Assembly: GCA_000320545.1 (NCBI GenBank) | Contig: ADNK01000879.1 | Coordinates: 21,063-85,062, forward strand | From: Bigelowiella natans CCMP2755 | Lineage: Eukaryota; Protista; Cercozoa | Reading direction: 5' to 3' | Length of the DNA stretch: 64,000 nt | Part shown: positions 17,214-30,805 of the stretch, one piece after another | Layout: every line of letters starts with the position of its first letter | How positions within the stretch are numbered: the first letter of the stretch is position 1 | Notes under the pieces: generated by a model | The model's database searches: none | What the model saw: the letters and a program-made list of their open reading frames with translations, nothing else | Told to the model about the DNA's origin: nothing | Position numbers and translations under genes: made by a program

Positions 17214-18252
17214 TCTGTACTCATTGGAACTAGAATGATCCCTGCTTGATGTAAGAAATTGACGTGTTGGCAATTGCGAAAAATGGACGCGTGAGAATTT
17301 ATGGATAGGCTAGTATGCTGCTGAACGATCGCAGGACAACTAGACAATATGGAGCTATCCTTCACCTGCATTCAACTCTCTGTGCATGTATGTGCGTCTA
17401 GACATATGTACGTATGATGCATCTTCTTTTCTGCATTGTGCGTCCCATTTACTGCATTGCGCACTGAGTCAGATCTAGACATATCCATAGCTGGACACCG
17501 CTAGATTGCAATGTGTGTGAATGGCATGGAGCATGGCAGCGTCCGATCCTCATATTGTCTTGTAATCATGCTTTTAGATGCATGCGTCGGCTGACCGTTG
17601 CGCTAAGGAATTTGCTTCAGCAACAATGACACGTCTTGATGTTTCATCTGTTGCTCAGATGCATGCAAACCGTGTGGTGTACAAGCAGAATAACACAGGT
17701 CTAGAGGTGTCATTGCAGGATTCTGTTCGCCCTGCCAATCTAGCTAGCTAGCAATGATGATGATGATGATGATGACAATGACGTCTAAACGTTGTTGTGG
17801 GCAGGTGAGCGCTAGAACGCTACTGGCTAGGCGCAGCAATTGTGTATTGCATGTCTATCATAGCATCCTAGCATCTCTAGTTCTAAGTGTGCTACACAAC
17901 AAATGTTGTATTCATGGTCTTACTCTTTTGTGTTCATAAAACAAATGCACATTAGTGCAATGCTGGCCCTAGCCATTGATCGTGCACTGTCGCTTCATGT
18001 GTGAATTTATTAGGTATATTTAGTACATGCATGCCATATATTGCAGCAGCCGTGACTACTATATCAGTCTCTTATTTTATGACATCGTCCCTCATCACAT
18101 CAAGCCGAGTTATACGCACGGTGTGCTACCTGCTCATCACACTGCTATGTAACTTAGCAGCGTAAACAGGAGATACGACATAATGCTTGCCGCACCAGCA
18201 GGGCCGCTTCTGTTTCAGACCGTCGTCATTAGCCACTCGCCATCCACAAATC

Positions 18253-18526
18253 TTAGAAAGCACTGCTTGCATAACTCTCCGACGAAAGGACATCGTTCAG
18301 CTCTTGCAGCTCCACGACACCGCTATCGTCCTAAGAGTATGAGGTAATTAAATAATAACTCCTTTGAGCTGTGCCGTCCTCCGTAAACCGGAGTAGAGGC
18401 CGGTATATTACTGCCATTCCAGGTGGTAGCAGGAGGGGGAGAGGGAAGAAGCCTGAGTAGCAAGAGTGCTACTTCGACGACTACGACGATAACACGAACA
18501 CCACACTCCTCCGCCTCCTCCTCCTC

Positions 18527-18561
<35 letters not shown>

Positions 18562-18820
18562 CCTACTACTACCACTACTACGATGATAATACTACCGCTG
18601 GTACCCCCACTACCTTGTCAAGAAGAATGAACAGTTCTCTTGCATTGAACTGTTGCTCGTGAGGCAGACGATGGTTCAGCAGCTCGCATCCCCTAATCAT
18701 TATTCATTCATCGATGTCGTTACCACTGATGACGCAAACGATGGAAGTAGGAGATAGAGGAATGGGATAGAGAATTGGGTATTGCTACTTTCTTTCCCTG
18801 TCCCCAAGCCTTGAAATCGT

Positions 18821-18859
<39 letters not shown>

Positions 18860-19442
18860 TATATAATATATTATATAATTATTTAGTGCGGCCTACTTCG
18901 TAAATTCTTCGTAAGTCACCACGCCATCGCCATTCTCATCTAACAGGCCGAAGATTGCTCTGTGTTGTTGGCGTAGAGGGGGGACAGGGGGAGAGAAAGA
19001 GAGGAAGGGGGGGGGGGGGAGGGAGCGACGCATCGCGGTGTGGAGCACAGCCAAAAATAGTAATAATTAAACAGTAACCGAGAGTCAGAATGAAGACGAC
19101 AAAGCGGGAAAATAATGCGGAGAAGACAAAAACTAACAAACGCAGTGATGAAAATATGACATGACAACACTCGTTGGAAACCAATTACATTCGTCGGTGG
19201 GTTCGTTTATGCTTTTATGCGTGTGCGTGCGTGTGTGGTGTGCGTGCGGTCGTTGATTTGTACTGGAGCGCTTGGGAGTGCCTGTGCGCGCTGCCCTCCT
19301 TTCCCTGAAAAGAGACAAAATTGGGCAAGGGGGGAGGGGTAGAAGGGCAGGAGCAAGGCCAATAACAACATTAGCCTATAACCTACAGCATTAGCAGCAA
19401 GAAAGCATGCATTGGTCCCTTCTATTTCTTCGTTCTACTATA

Positions 19443-19477
<35 letters not shown>

Positions 19478-19629
19478 ACCTGGCAGTAGTCAAGAAAGAG
19501 CTTGTAATCTACCCTCCCCTGATCGAAGTCCTCCTTCAGTCGCTCATCATCCCCAGCAAACAGTCGGTACTCGAGTGACAGGCCTACATCAGATTACCAT
19601 TGACGACGACGATGGTGATGATAATGACA

Positions 19630-19660
<31 letters not shown>

Positions 19661-19751
19661 CGATGATGGTGCAATCTCACCTAATTCCACGTAAACCGTG
19701 TCCTCCCACTCCTTCGTCGTGACCTGCTCGTTGGTTTCGTTCACGTGGGGC

Positions 19752-19790
<39 letters not shown>

Positions 19791-21305
19791 ATGTGATGGT
19801 GACGACAACGAGGGCGAAGATGATAAGGATAATGAGTACAATTAATAACGGCGGGGTCTTTGGCCGTGCTGCTACCTTTCCATTTTCATCGGCTTTCTTA
19901 GCAAACTCACGCTCTAGATAAGGCTGGACAAGTAGTGACGATCGATCATCCACAGAAACAATAATAATCATGATGATGATGACGACGATGATAATGATGA
20001 CAGATTATTCCATGCACACATCGCTCTCACAAAACAGCCAGCATCAAGCCCTCTGGATAGAAAATCACGTGAATCTACCGGACGCGGCCAAAACGCACCC
20101 TCCGGAGGAATATAGCATGAATGCATTTTCCATTTTTTAAAAAAACTAGCTACCCCGCCCACAAAATCAAGTGCTCGCTAAATCGGTCTGAATAATTCCG
20201 TGGTATTGGGGACTTTCCCCCGCTGTACGCTATTGCTGCTGTTCAGCACCTTATACTTTGCTAGCAGCTCCAAGAGTTTCTTGTGCTTGGTATTGCTCCT
20301 AACCCCACCCGCAGCAGAATACTGGCCTTCGAACGAGGTTTCATAGCTTATATAGGACAGCGATGAGAAGGGGGGGGGGGGGGGGGAGGAGAAAGAGAGG
20401 GGAACCAATAATGAGGACGAAGCTGTAAAGAAATGAAGGGGGAGGATATGTCGTCGATTTAGCAGTAGTAGTAGTAGTAGTAGTAGTTGTTGTTGTAGGG
20501 TTGTTTAAATGTGTATTGTATTGATTGATGCGCCTTTTGCTGTGTATGTGTCTGTTGATCTATCGTATCGAGTTCTGTTTATAGTAGTCGTAGTGGCAGC
20601 AGCACGTTTTCACGGATGGATCGCCTTCTGGCCCATTGAACACTAATATCGCTCCTTGGTTCCATCTGATAGGTAGGTAGGTCTGATGATGATGATGATG
20701 GTGGTGATGATGATGATGCACCCTTTAGATGATGATGATGGTGGTGGTGGTGGTGGTAGTGATGACAACTAAATGCACGGTCTCCCCCCTTCGGAAAAGA
20801 AAACGAATATCATCATCTACATCGCTGCAGACAGACAGCAAACAAGCTTGATTTATCTTTCTAGTTAGCAGCCCCCCCTCCCTCCCTTCCTCCCTCCCTC
20901 CTCCTCCTCCCCCTCCTCCTCCTCCCTTACAAGTTCTTCACGTGCAAGAAGCTAGGAATAATATCACCCCCCGATGTAGTTGGATGATGAGAAGACTGTC
21001 CAACACTTATACCTACAAGGAGTGGATGGTTCATGCATGCATGAAACAGTAGTGTGTCAGAATGACACAATATACACTCGAAACCACGACGTCCTGGGAG
21101 AAAGAACGATGAAGACTAGGGCCACAAAATCATCGTACACCACCGCTTAGAAATACATGCATGCACCCCTTTACATTGTAAGTACCCGTCACCACAGTCG
21201 ATAACGTCGTAGCCGTTTTCCACGCACTCGTGGGATCTGAAGGTAATTGAAAGAGGACGAAGTAGACGAACTACGATGAGGACATAATCATGTCATCGTG
21301 TGATA

Positions 21306-21338
<33 letters not shown>

Positions 21339-21985
21339 GCACTGCCATCGCAGTTGTGCCCCCCCCCCTCTCCCCCACTTTCCTCAACATGTTCTCTCTC
21401 CCTAGCACCTACTCGCTATTACCTGATGAGGGTCTTGAGGCTGGCGGATCCTAAAGACCGGAGCCATTTCACCACCTTCAAAGAACAACATAGGAAAGAG
21501 AAAAGAGACGATAAGAGCAGCGAAGATCACGCTCAATTCAAATAGAGAACTAATTTCCAGAGTAGTATCGATGCAGTGGTTACGAATCATACTGGCCAAA
21601 TAGACAACATGGCATTGAGGCCGGGTAGATCTTCCGAAAGTCGTGATTATTTTTACAGAATCATGCTTTTGATAAGACGAGGTGGAGAGGGAGCAACAAC
21701 ATGACTCTCTCGCTCTATATTCTCGGTAATGTCCCAAGGAATTTAAGTGTACTTATCGCAAATCTTACTACAATACGCAGCAAGACTAAGTGTCATCGAT
21801 GTTTTCTTTGTTAATATTTCACGATTTTGACCAAGGCATTAGTTGATGTAATCATTATTATTATTTTTATCTACCATAGTTACCCTCCCTCCCCCCCCTC
21901 CCCCGCCTCCTCACCACATCGGGGCCATATCTACATCCAGCTCCTCTTAGCGTCTTAGCGGCCTACACAGATCGTTATCATATAT

Positions 21986-22021
<36 letters not shown>

Positions 22022-22508
22022 TATACACCATCACATTTTCAGAATCCTTTTAATATTTCCATCCTCTTCTTGCTCTTCCTTTTTTAGCTTCTTCTCTTCT
22101 TATCATCATCATCATCATCATCATCATCATTTCTCCCCGTTCCTCCTCCTCACCGTTCCTCGTTCGTAAGGATCAGGGTCCGACCACATCATGTCCTCAA
22201 TCACCTGGTGGAGGTGTGGTGGGTAGTATACGTTGTTGTTGTTGTTGTTGTTGTTGTCGTTGTTGCAGCAGATATCACTATCGGGAGGATACATGAAGTA
22301 TACTTTCGTTGGTAGCAAAGAGGATGATGCCAACAATTACAACAACGATGACGACAACGACCACGACGACGACTGCCGCTACTGCTACTGGCAGGATTGG
22401 TACTTGTCTCGAGGTGTGCGTTCCGGCCTTTCCTCTCTCCGTGGCCGTACAAAATGTCTGATTGACGGAGGAAGTGGTGTCGAAGCAGCAATATGCGGCG
22501 AGATGCAG

Positions 22509-22543
<35 letters not shown>

Positions 22544-22778
22544 ATAAACAGAATATCAATTACTCTTCTGTCTCTCATTCGTAGCGAGGGAGCTGTAATC
22601 GTATTTAAATGAGGACACACTTAACATATTTGCTGTGCAGTACAGCAGTACCTGTGAGTGCGTTTTCCTAGCGATCGCCCCGATGTGCTGAATCGTTGTG
22701 CCTTCCGTTCTGTGCAAGTGCGAGTTGGTGGGTGGGTGGGTGGGTGGGTATGGACGTAGGTGTTTGTGCGTGTGCCAT

Positions 22779-22832
<54 letters not shown>

Positions 22833-24815
22833 AAAGGATCTAACAAATGACGACGACAAGTAGGAGTACCTTGGAATACCACCGTGGACAACGAACGCCC
22901 TATCTCTAATGATACAGCAGAGTGGTAGCGCGGCGAAAACCCTTGTAATCTCATCGAAGAGCCTGACATGGCAGGTGGCGGAAGATGGGTGTCGTCATCA
23001 CGTCAAAAGCAGCAATTACCACATGAGAGAGGTAGATATATGGTGAGCATCGAATCAAAAGTAGAGGCAGCAGCAGGAAACTTTCACTCTTCGTTGGTTC
23101 CGAAAATAAGTAATATTAATTCTTGATGATCTTCCTCCATCAACACCGTGGAGAAACTTCACCGTCCGTATCGTGACGGAGGCTCTTCCAGAAACGTGCA
23201 ATTATTATTATTATTATTATCATTATTATCATTATTATTATTTCGACTACTCTTTGCTCTACTACCTTGGAGAGCTGTACTTCGCCATCACTTCGTCGTA
23301 AAACCCGTACGCCCTAGCATGCACACACATAATATATGTGAAGAAGCAAGGCTATCTAGGTGCGGGGACCTGTAGCATATTACCTGCAAAGGGCGGAGTC
23401 CTCATGGTTACCGCGGTTGAGATGAACGTTTTCAGGAAACACAATCTTCATCGCCAAGATCACGGCAAGAACCTATGCACCATCACCAAAGAGCACGCAA
23501 TGTGACTACCACCTTACAACGCCGCACTTTGATTTTAGCTGCTGCGGTCGTCCATTACCTCAACACCGTGCTGGCCGCGATCGACAAAGTCCCCATTGAA
23601 GATGATGGTGTGCTCTTCCGAAGGCATCCCAACGGAGTCCAATATCTAGCATAGGATAACGCATAGAATGTGGGAAAGAATCAGTCATTGAGATGGTGGC
23701 TAGACAGACGTAACATATTGATTTGCGGTTGTTATTTATTCTTGTTACGATGTATGAGTACAGTAAGAAAGCTTCTTGTCTATACTCATATATTTAACTT
23801 CATATATCCGTAATCATTACCATCAGGAGGTCGTCAAGGTCACCATGGAGGTCGCCTACGACTGTAACTTTCTCGCCCTTTGATGTTTTGTTATGTAACC
23901 AAAGAATTAGACAAGATCTATTGCTGCTGTTGCCTCAGAGCATAACAACATCCATAAGATATTATACTACTTCAATATCAAGATTGCAATCTTCTCTATT
24001 CAATACCTCCTGAGGGTTGGGGACGAAGGAAATGTTCGGAGACATAGAAATGAGAGCATGCGCTTGGTGCAAGATATTCTTGAATGTCTTCAGTGCAATC
24101 AATCCGCGGTGCTTCCGCAAGTATCTGTGAAAACGGGGAGGGATATGACGTTAAGCTGTGGAGGAGCAAGACGAGGGGGCGATCCCCAAAAGTCACAATG
24201 CTATAGGAGAGAAAGCACCCACTCGACAAGTCGTCTTATAGACGTGGGGTCTAAATGCGAATGCATATGCAGCCCCTCTTTCTTGAGCGCCTCTGGGGAC
24301 TCGACCATCTTCTTGCGTGCATACGCCATCTCCGCCAACTCGGTCAAAAATGTGGCAAGCTGGATCTTGTCGGCCTCATCACGGTCAACTAGCTTCTTCC
24401 ACATTCCGAACTCATCACGGTCGTTTTTGTCTTCTTCAATCGGGTGTAAAATGGGGTTGTTGTTGGTGGAGTGGTGGCGTCGGCCATTCCGCCAGCTGCT
24501 GTGGTACACTCTTGAAGAGGAGGAGGAAGGAAAGGGAAAAGAAGAGGATGATGATGAAGAAGAAGATGAAGAAGATGATGAGGAGGAAGAAGAGGAGGAG
24601 GAGCTGCAGCTTCGAAAGAAAATTTGCCATCGTTTGTGGGAAGATTGGGGTCGTGATTTCCGATCGAGTTTCGCCTTTAGCGACGAGGCCCGCTCTGTAT
24701 ATCCGTCCGTCGGACTGATTGCACGAGCAATAGCTCTATTTGAGAAAACCCGTATGATTTTTACCGCACCTCCACGGCTTCTTGACCGTCGTAGAACCCG
24801 CCTGACTCCGTACAT
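18253..24815 (-). CDS. PPEF: Ser/Thr protein phosphatase with EF-hands (PPEF/rdgC family), multi-exon
   Basis: PPP motifs VVGDLHG (~23850), FNGDFVDRG (~23585), LNRGNHE (~23410), MMWSDP (~22185), RSHECVENGY (~21225), TVFSSSNY (~20985). EF-hands NGDGVVTYEEF (~18920) and LDK|DDSGVVELQEL before stop at 18253. Confidence 0.9.
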
Positions 24816-25828
24816 CGATGCAGTATCGGTTCGAAGAGCCGGGAGGGGGAAGGGAACGGAGCTTGGAGGATTTCAGAGTTAATAAATGATCGAGTAAATA
24901 TCCTAGATGCCGAGGAAACATTGTGAAGAATAGGAAAAATCAAAGTCGCACGTCTAAGTGACAGGTCATCTTGACGATCTCTGGAAAGCACAATTTCTCT
25001 CATTCGGAAGAGGGATTACTTTGTTTTTTTGCTTTGAAATTGATGTCCATGCATGTCGTTCATTGATTGCCAACTACGTTTGCTGCACAAAGTAAGATTT
25101 TCTTCTCTTCTGTCCGACACTCGTTCTCTTTTTGAAAAAAACCCCAACAACAAATGTGACAAGCACTATAGAGTCAAAAAATGGTCGGAGGGAAACCCAA
25201 GCGGATATCACATGTGCTTTACGCCGACATCGAACGATTTGTCTCATAAGAAATCAATGGAATCCAATGGAAATCCCCTGTATTTTTAGATTTTCTTGGT
25301 TCGTCATTCTTTCTCGGGACGGTTTCCAGGCCGTTACTGCAACAATTCATCTTATAATTTGTGCTGTAAAATGAGCGAATTACGTTTATTTTCCCCTAGA
25401 TATGTTTTATACCCTTGTCGTATCATATATTTATAATATAATTTACTTCTAGAAGAAGACACCAAGGAAAAACTAAGCTGCTAATATGGGCACGCAAACG
25501 AATCGTTTCCTGGTGGAAGTTCCTGGTAGAAAAACTTCGAATCGTCCGTCGACGACAAAGGAGAGGAAGATCGGGTTGAAATTCTAACTAAATTTCGTTC
25601 TTCTTCTCTAGGATATTTTCAGGTCAGCATGTAGATTAATTGCCTAAAATTTTGAGGAGGAACAGAGCTGGGACGGAAATTGTAGCCCTCCTTCCTCCCT
25701 TTCAGCAGATAGAGCTCTGATTCAACTCTCCCTGAATCATTGCACGTGAAAAGAGTCATCTAGGCCTCCCACGCCGTGGGTTAGTAACAAACTAGCGAAA
25801 CTGACGTCGAAGGAGGATTTCCACAATC

Positions 25829-26974
25829 ATGGAGCTCGATCAGAAAATGCTTGAGGTGGACAAGTACGAGACGTACGAAGACTACCTTGATTCTCAAATC
25901 TCCGAAAAGGACATGTATTATTTGCAGGTCCTTAATTATTTCTACTCGTAAACCTTTATAAGCCGAACTCAATATTACCTGATTTATGTTCGCAGGACCA
26001 ATCTCTTGCTAGACAGCTGGTTGAGCTAGGTTATCGTGGAACTGGGGAAACCTTCAAAAGAGAGGAATTTGAGCGACGAAAAGAGGAGATAGCGGAAATG
26101 CGTCGTAACGCATTAAGTAAAAATATACAGGTTTCTCCCAGTTTTCGATGAACATGCATCACACTGAAGCTGTTCTCTCATTTGCTAGATTCTTGCCAGC
26201 CACGGAATAAAAACCAAAAACTACCCCCTTCTCCACTCATTGGCTGAGAGAGGTACACCCTTATGAAATTTAATCCTCGCAGTCGTAATTTTGCTTTCCT
26301 TGAACAGAAAAAAAGGTGAGGGATGGGAAGTTGACGACAATAGTTTTCATTCGCGACAAAAACGCAAATGGGCAAGAAATTAGCGGTTACATAGACTTCG
26401 GAGATCGTCTCGCACAAGATGATTTCAAGGTCTTCCTCTTCGATTTGCTTTCATTCAATCATAGACCTGAGTATCTGATTCTCTTTCAGGAATATTTCGA
26501 GAGAAAAAAACGTCTACTTCCACGACCTTCTGATCTAAGCTATTACAACTGGACTACGAATGTACTTTTCAAACTCCACCTTCCGGATCTTAATTAAATG
26601 ATCTTGCTTTTCATCTGTAGGTATCGACATCGAATCCTTCTCGATTTTACCAGGTGTTGTGTTTACTTAATGATCCAAACAAGAAACACCATGTTTGAGG
26701 AAAAAGTAAGGACATATATAATTTTTTTTTATGTTGTAGGTCCTCGGGGACAATGACATAGGATTACTTTTCAAAAATAAGCGTGATCGGAAGATAATCT
26801 GTGTCGACCCTGATTCTGATTGCGGAGATAACTCGACCCGAACCGAACTTAAGACTAAAGAATATCTCCAGGTTCAGTATTGTTTTATTCGTTTAACTTG
26901 ATTTAGCCAATAATTTGATTTTGGTTTATGCTAAGGTCGTGATATATGACCATGTCACGAGGCGAAAGAGTTGA
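25829..26974 (+). CDS. CFAP299: Cilia- and flagella-associated protein 299 (C4orf22/DUF4464), 8 exons
   Basis: [18 protein letters not shown]|[15 protein letters not shown]; [23 protein letters not shown]; [13 protein letters not shown]; [23 protein letters not shown]; [12 protein letters not shown]. Short plain introns. Confidence 0.93.
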
Positions 26975-27199
26975 AGACACTGTGCTAGTCAGTTGCACAA
27001 ATTTGCGGAATCAATTTATTTCAAGCCAAAAGAGAACTCACAATCAACTAGTGCATTATTTGAAGTTTTTGTACGACCTAATCAAAGACACAAAGACACA
27101 CAATGACGCATCCAATGCACAGACCCCCATGGCAGGACGAACTAGCATCCAATGATGCTGAAATGACTACGTCCATTCCTCAGTGCTGCTACTGATCAC

Positions 27200-27960
27200 A
27201 CTTCATCTACAATGCAATGTGATGATCATCTGTGGCTTGTACGCCTGACGGTATGCAATCGATTGCAGCGTGCAACTGCGCTCTTGCGCGCACGATGAGT
27301 TGCAACACAAAACCCAACACGTGTGCCTGCACCCCAGTTTGCGCCATTCCAGCATTCGCTCTCGCGTCACGCATGTTGAGGACTGTTGTTCCCTGATTTG
27401 CTGCAATTGCCCACTCCACACTAGCACACTGTTGCAAAACATGTGATGCATGACAATTGCTCCCTGCGCGATGCGCGATGCTGCGTGACTGCTGCACGTG
27501 TTGTGACGTGTCGCACGATCCGCCAGCGGTGGCCTTTGTTGGGTCTGCACTGGCATCGACATCACCATCGTGGCAGCGGCCACCAAGCTCTCTCCACAAG
27601 ATGTCCATTTGCACCGCAATGACCTTCTCCATCTCCGTTCATTTGACATCGCGAGTGAGCCTGCTGTCCAGCTGTGTGTGTGTTCGCCGACAGCATCGTT
27701 TTTTTTCCACGACGATTCCTGCTGGACCTTGACATGCTGAGCGAGGATCTGGAGGAAAGCGACCCTTTTTCTTTTTCTCGATGACCAAGTTTCAATTTTG
27801 GCAGGCATCTGATCGGTGCTGCTCATGTGATCCGCACACATTCTTGTGGGGTGTTTTCCTCTCGTGGCGCTGTGGATGCGATGCTCGAAGCAAGAAGCAG
27901 ATGAGTCTCGCAATGCGTAGTCCGAACGATGGGATGCAATTAGGTGTTTTTGCCAGAATG
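27200..27960. other. TpA-depleted island (degenerate relic of unknown origin)
   Basis: Only one TpA (in CTAG, 27421) between 27255 and 27917. Very rich in TGCA/CACG/CGCG. Confidence 0.7.
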
Positions 27961-28077
27961 ACATCCTTTTCTTGTCTTGATTGATGTCGCAGGAAATAAA
28001 TAGAGGATGTTTCTCGGAATAGCACCATTACAATTCTTTTTGAAGACACACTGATCTGCGCATAAATCTCTCAGGCG

Positions 28078-29929
28078 ATGATGAACGTCGGCGTCGCCCT
28101 CGTGCTCTACGTCGCTCTCTCCACTGGCCTCCCCCTGGCCAATCACTACCGGATTCATCACTCTCTGAACCCCATCACGGTGGCCCTCACCTTTTTCTGT
28201 GGCTTAAACATAATTGTCTGCGCGTGGGAGATTGGCCTGGGTCTTCACATTCGGCACATCCAGGTTTTCCGGGCACACCACATACGCGCATGAGTGTTGT
28301 CACGCGATAAGATCCTCCAATTAGGGGATACTTCACTCAGTTTCCCCCTTCGCGCCCGTGTACGCTAGGATTATTTCCGAAATATCTCCAACTAGCGAGA
28401 ATAAGACTGCTCGTAATTGAGCGCTCGATTGCATTTTAAGAGACGTTTGAATTGAGAAGATAACTGTCTCACGCAATCATTTAAACCGTAATCTTCAGGG
28501 AGAGTACAAGAAGTTGAAGGAGAAGTACGGTGAGTGCTCTTCCGTATGTCGATAACGCGAATGGAAGACAATGTTTTTTGCCACAACAACCTTGTGTATA
28601 CAGGCAAAACTCCTCTTGGGGCGGTCAAAGAGTTCTTTTTCACTCCCGTAACATCAAAGAACTGTTTCTCGTTGAAGTTCTGGTCGCTGGTATTTCCTGA
28701 ACAATTTATCCACGAGTTATGAGGGATATGAAACTGAGAGAGCATGGGTAGGCGAAACGACTGGGCATGTATTTGATTACGTTCTTCATGGACAGGTGTG
28801 GACAACTTACGCTCTTTACGATCCATCGTATCAGAATAACGAAAGTTTTGGATTCTTCGTTGATGTAAGCTAATGATGCTAACATGAACATGCCTCGACA
28901 AAATAGCATTCCAGGCCTGCTATTTCGAGTAGTCCTTTTTAAAAAGACTTCTGATAGCAAGCAAGGACCCAAATCGTAGATATCTAGTCATGGCCAAGGC
29001 ATCGCTCGTCTTTCGCCTACAAACTCGTTATTGTAAATTAAATTATGATGCACGTGATGCTCGTAGGTGGGAAATGGCTGGTCGACTCTTCTACCCTCTT
29101 TCATATGGATATTCGCCATGACTTACCACGTAATAGCAGTATCCGTAGCGTTTGGTATTTCCTTGAAGTTCCTAAAGTTTTAAATATAGCTGCTGTGCTG
29201 TTTGTACCACCGTCTCTCCTCTCAAAATTGTACGTTATTCAGGGCTACATCCCTGCATACATGGTCGGGTGTATGGGTATTGCAAAGGTGATACCGATAA
29301 GCATAAATGAGGGGAGGAAAGAATATTTCTTCCATTTATCGGCGAATAATGGTGCTTATTATTGACCCGCCTTTATATTGTCTTACTACTTCCTCTCAAT
29401 CATCATATTCAGTATTGGCAGGAACTGTATGGAACAGTGATTTACACCCTGTCGTACGTTCTCAATGGGAGGTATAAGGTGGGTCCGAAGTATCATTTTC
29501 TTGCGGGGGCTTTGTAGCCCCTTGCCCCCTTCTCCTCCTCACCAACGCATGAATATCCTCAGCATCATCAGCATCACTCGCATAATTATTAGGGGCGCAC
29601 GAGTGCGGAAGTTTTTCTTTTCGTAGCGATGACGAATGGGCTTTGGTTCGTGTTCCCATTGCTGGTAGTGCATACCTATCTAGATCGAATATAGTTGTGA
29701 TCATACATGATGAGGGAAGAACGACGAGGAGGAAGAGAGGGAATGTATAACATCTCGGTTGGTGAGAATAAATACTCGTCACGTATGTCAATGTTACTCT
29801 TTGTGATTGGCGACTCAACGATTCGTTCACACCTGCTCACACAAGCGCCACACAAGCCACATACATCCACAGGGTATCTATGCATCGGTGAGGATGATAC
29901 AATCCAACTCGTACGCGGTGTTCCTATAA
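28078..29929 (+). CDS. EBP/EXPERA-like small multi-pass membrane protein (sterol isomerase-like fold)
   Basis: Spliced: LNIIVCAWEI..; VWTTYALYDPSY (cf. EBP WxxYxxxDxRY); GFFVD|VGNGWSTL; YWQELYGTVIY; TNGLWFVFP (cf. NxxWxxxP); GIYASVRMIQSNSYAVFL*. Confidence 0.65.
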
Positions 29930-30195
29930 TGGCAATAGATGAAGAGAGATCAGTCACTCCTGGAATCTTCTAGTATGTGTTGTGCTACAGATAAAGACAT
30001 CGTGGCATATGGCTGAGATTAAAGCTTAATGTTCTTTGCTGGTATTTGCATCGAAGAAATCAAGTCGATAAACGTATAAATAGGCAGCATGGCTCAAACA
30101 CTCGTTGATCGCATGCAATGTAGCTTGTGTGCTTGCGTGTTTGCGTGCTCTCGCGGATTGATCAAAAAATGATCAACGCAAGATTGAATTGCAAA

Positions 30196-30390
30196 CAGGG
30201 ACTTTGAAGGGGGGACTGCTAGTGTGTTACAGCTAGTGTCCGATGTCGGGGAAGCGCTCCACGGCAGCAGCAACGCAAACACAGACACACAAGTGCATGC
30301 ACAAGAGCATCGCAACCTGCATCTGACTAGCTGGCTTGCTGTGCAGAGTGCATTGTGCAGAGTGCATTGTGTAGAGCTAGAGAGGCCACT
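30196..30390 (+). pseudogene. Degenerate paralogous copy of the leader exon of the downstream gene
   Basis: cagggactttgaagg is identical at 30196 and 31461. Peptides LVSDVGEAL vs LVADVGEAL and RVHCVELERP vs RISYTELRRP. Confidence 0.65.
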
Positions 30391-30721
30391 CAAGTCGCAT
30401 CACAGCACGTGGCAGCTCACTTGGGGCCACTCGGATCCCATGACATGGTTCAAAGTCGCAGCTGCACTCTTGCACCCAACACTTGAAAGTGAGGTCAAGC
30501 ATGAAGCAATGCGTGAATGGAGCGGTTCCACAGGAGCGTTTGAGAGGATCATGGTGTCACACTAACTCATCCGTTGACCGCCCTTGGCATCACTGTGCAA
30601 ATCGCACTGTGTCGTCATGGACATGACACAGTGTCACTGTGCTGTGCGCGCAATGGCACAGTGCGATTCCACACACTGTGGTGCAACGCCCCATGCAAAA
30701 GACGGAGAATGAAAGAAAGAC

Positions 30722-30805
30722 TGAACAATGAACAATGACAAAGAACTACATTTCCAAAATGTAACAAGACATTTGCAGTGCACGAAACGCAGTGCCTCGA
30801 ACTAA
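30722..30805 (+). repeat. Dispersed ~85 bp repeat, copy B
   Basis: Homologous to 926-1010; retains three TpA that copy A lacks. Confidence 0.9.

Noticed and set aside
24058-24882. 274 aa plus-strand ORF
   Set aside because: Antisense shadow of PPEF exon 1.
27203-27964. 253 aa minus-strand ORF as a gene
   Set aside because: Openness is explained by loss of TAA/TAG in a TpA-free island; no domain and odd composition.
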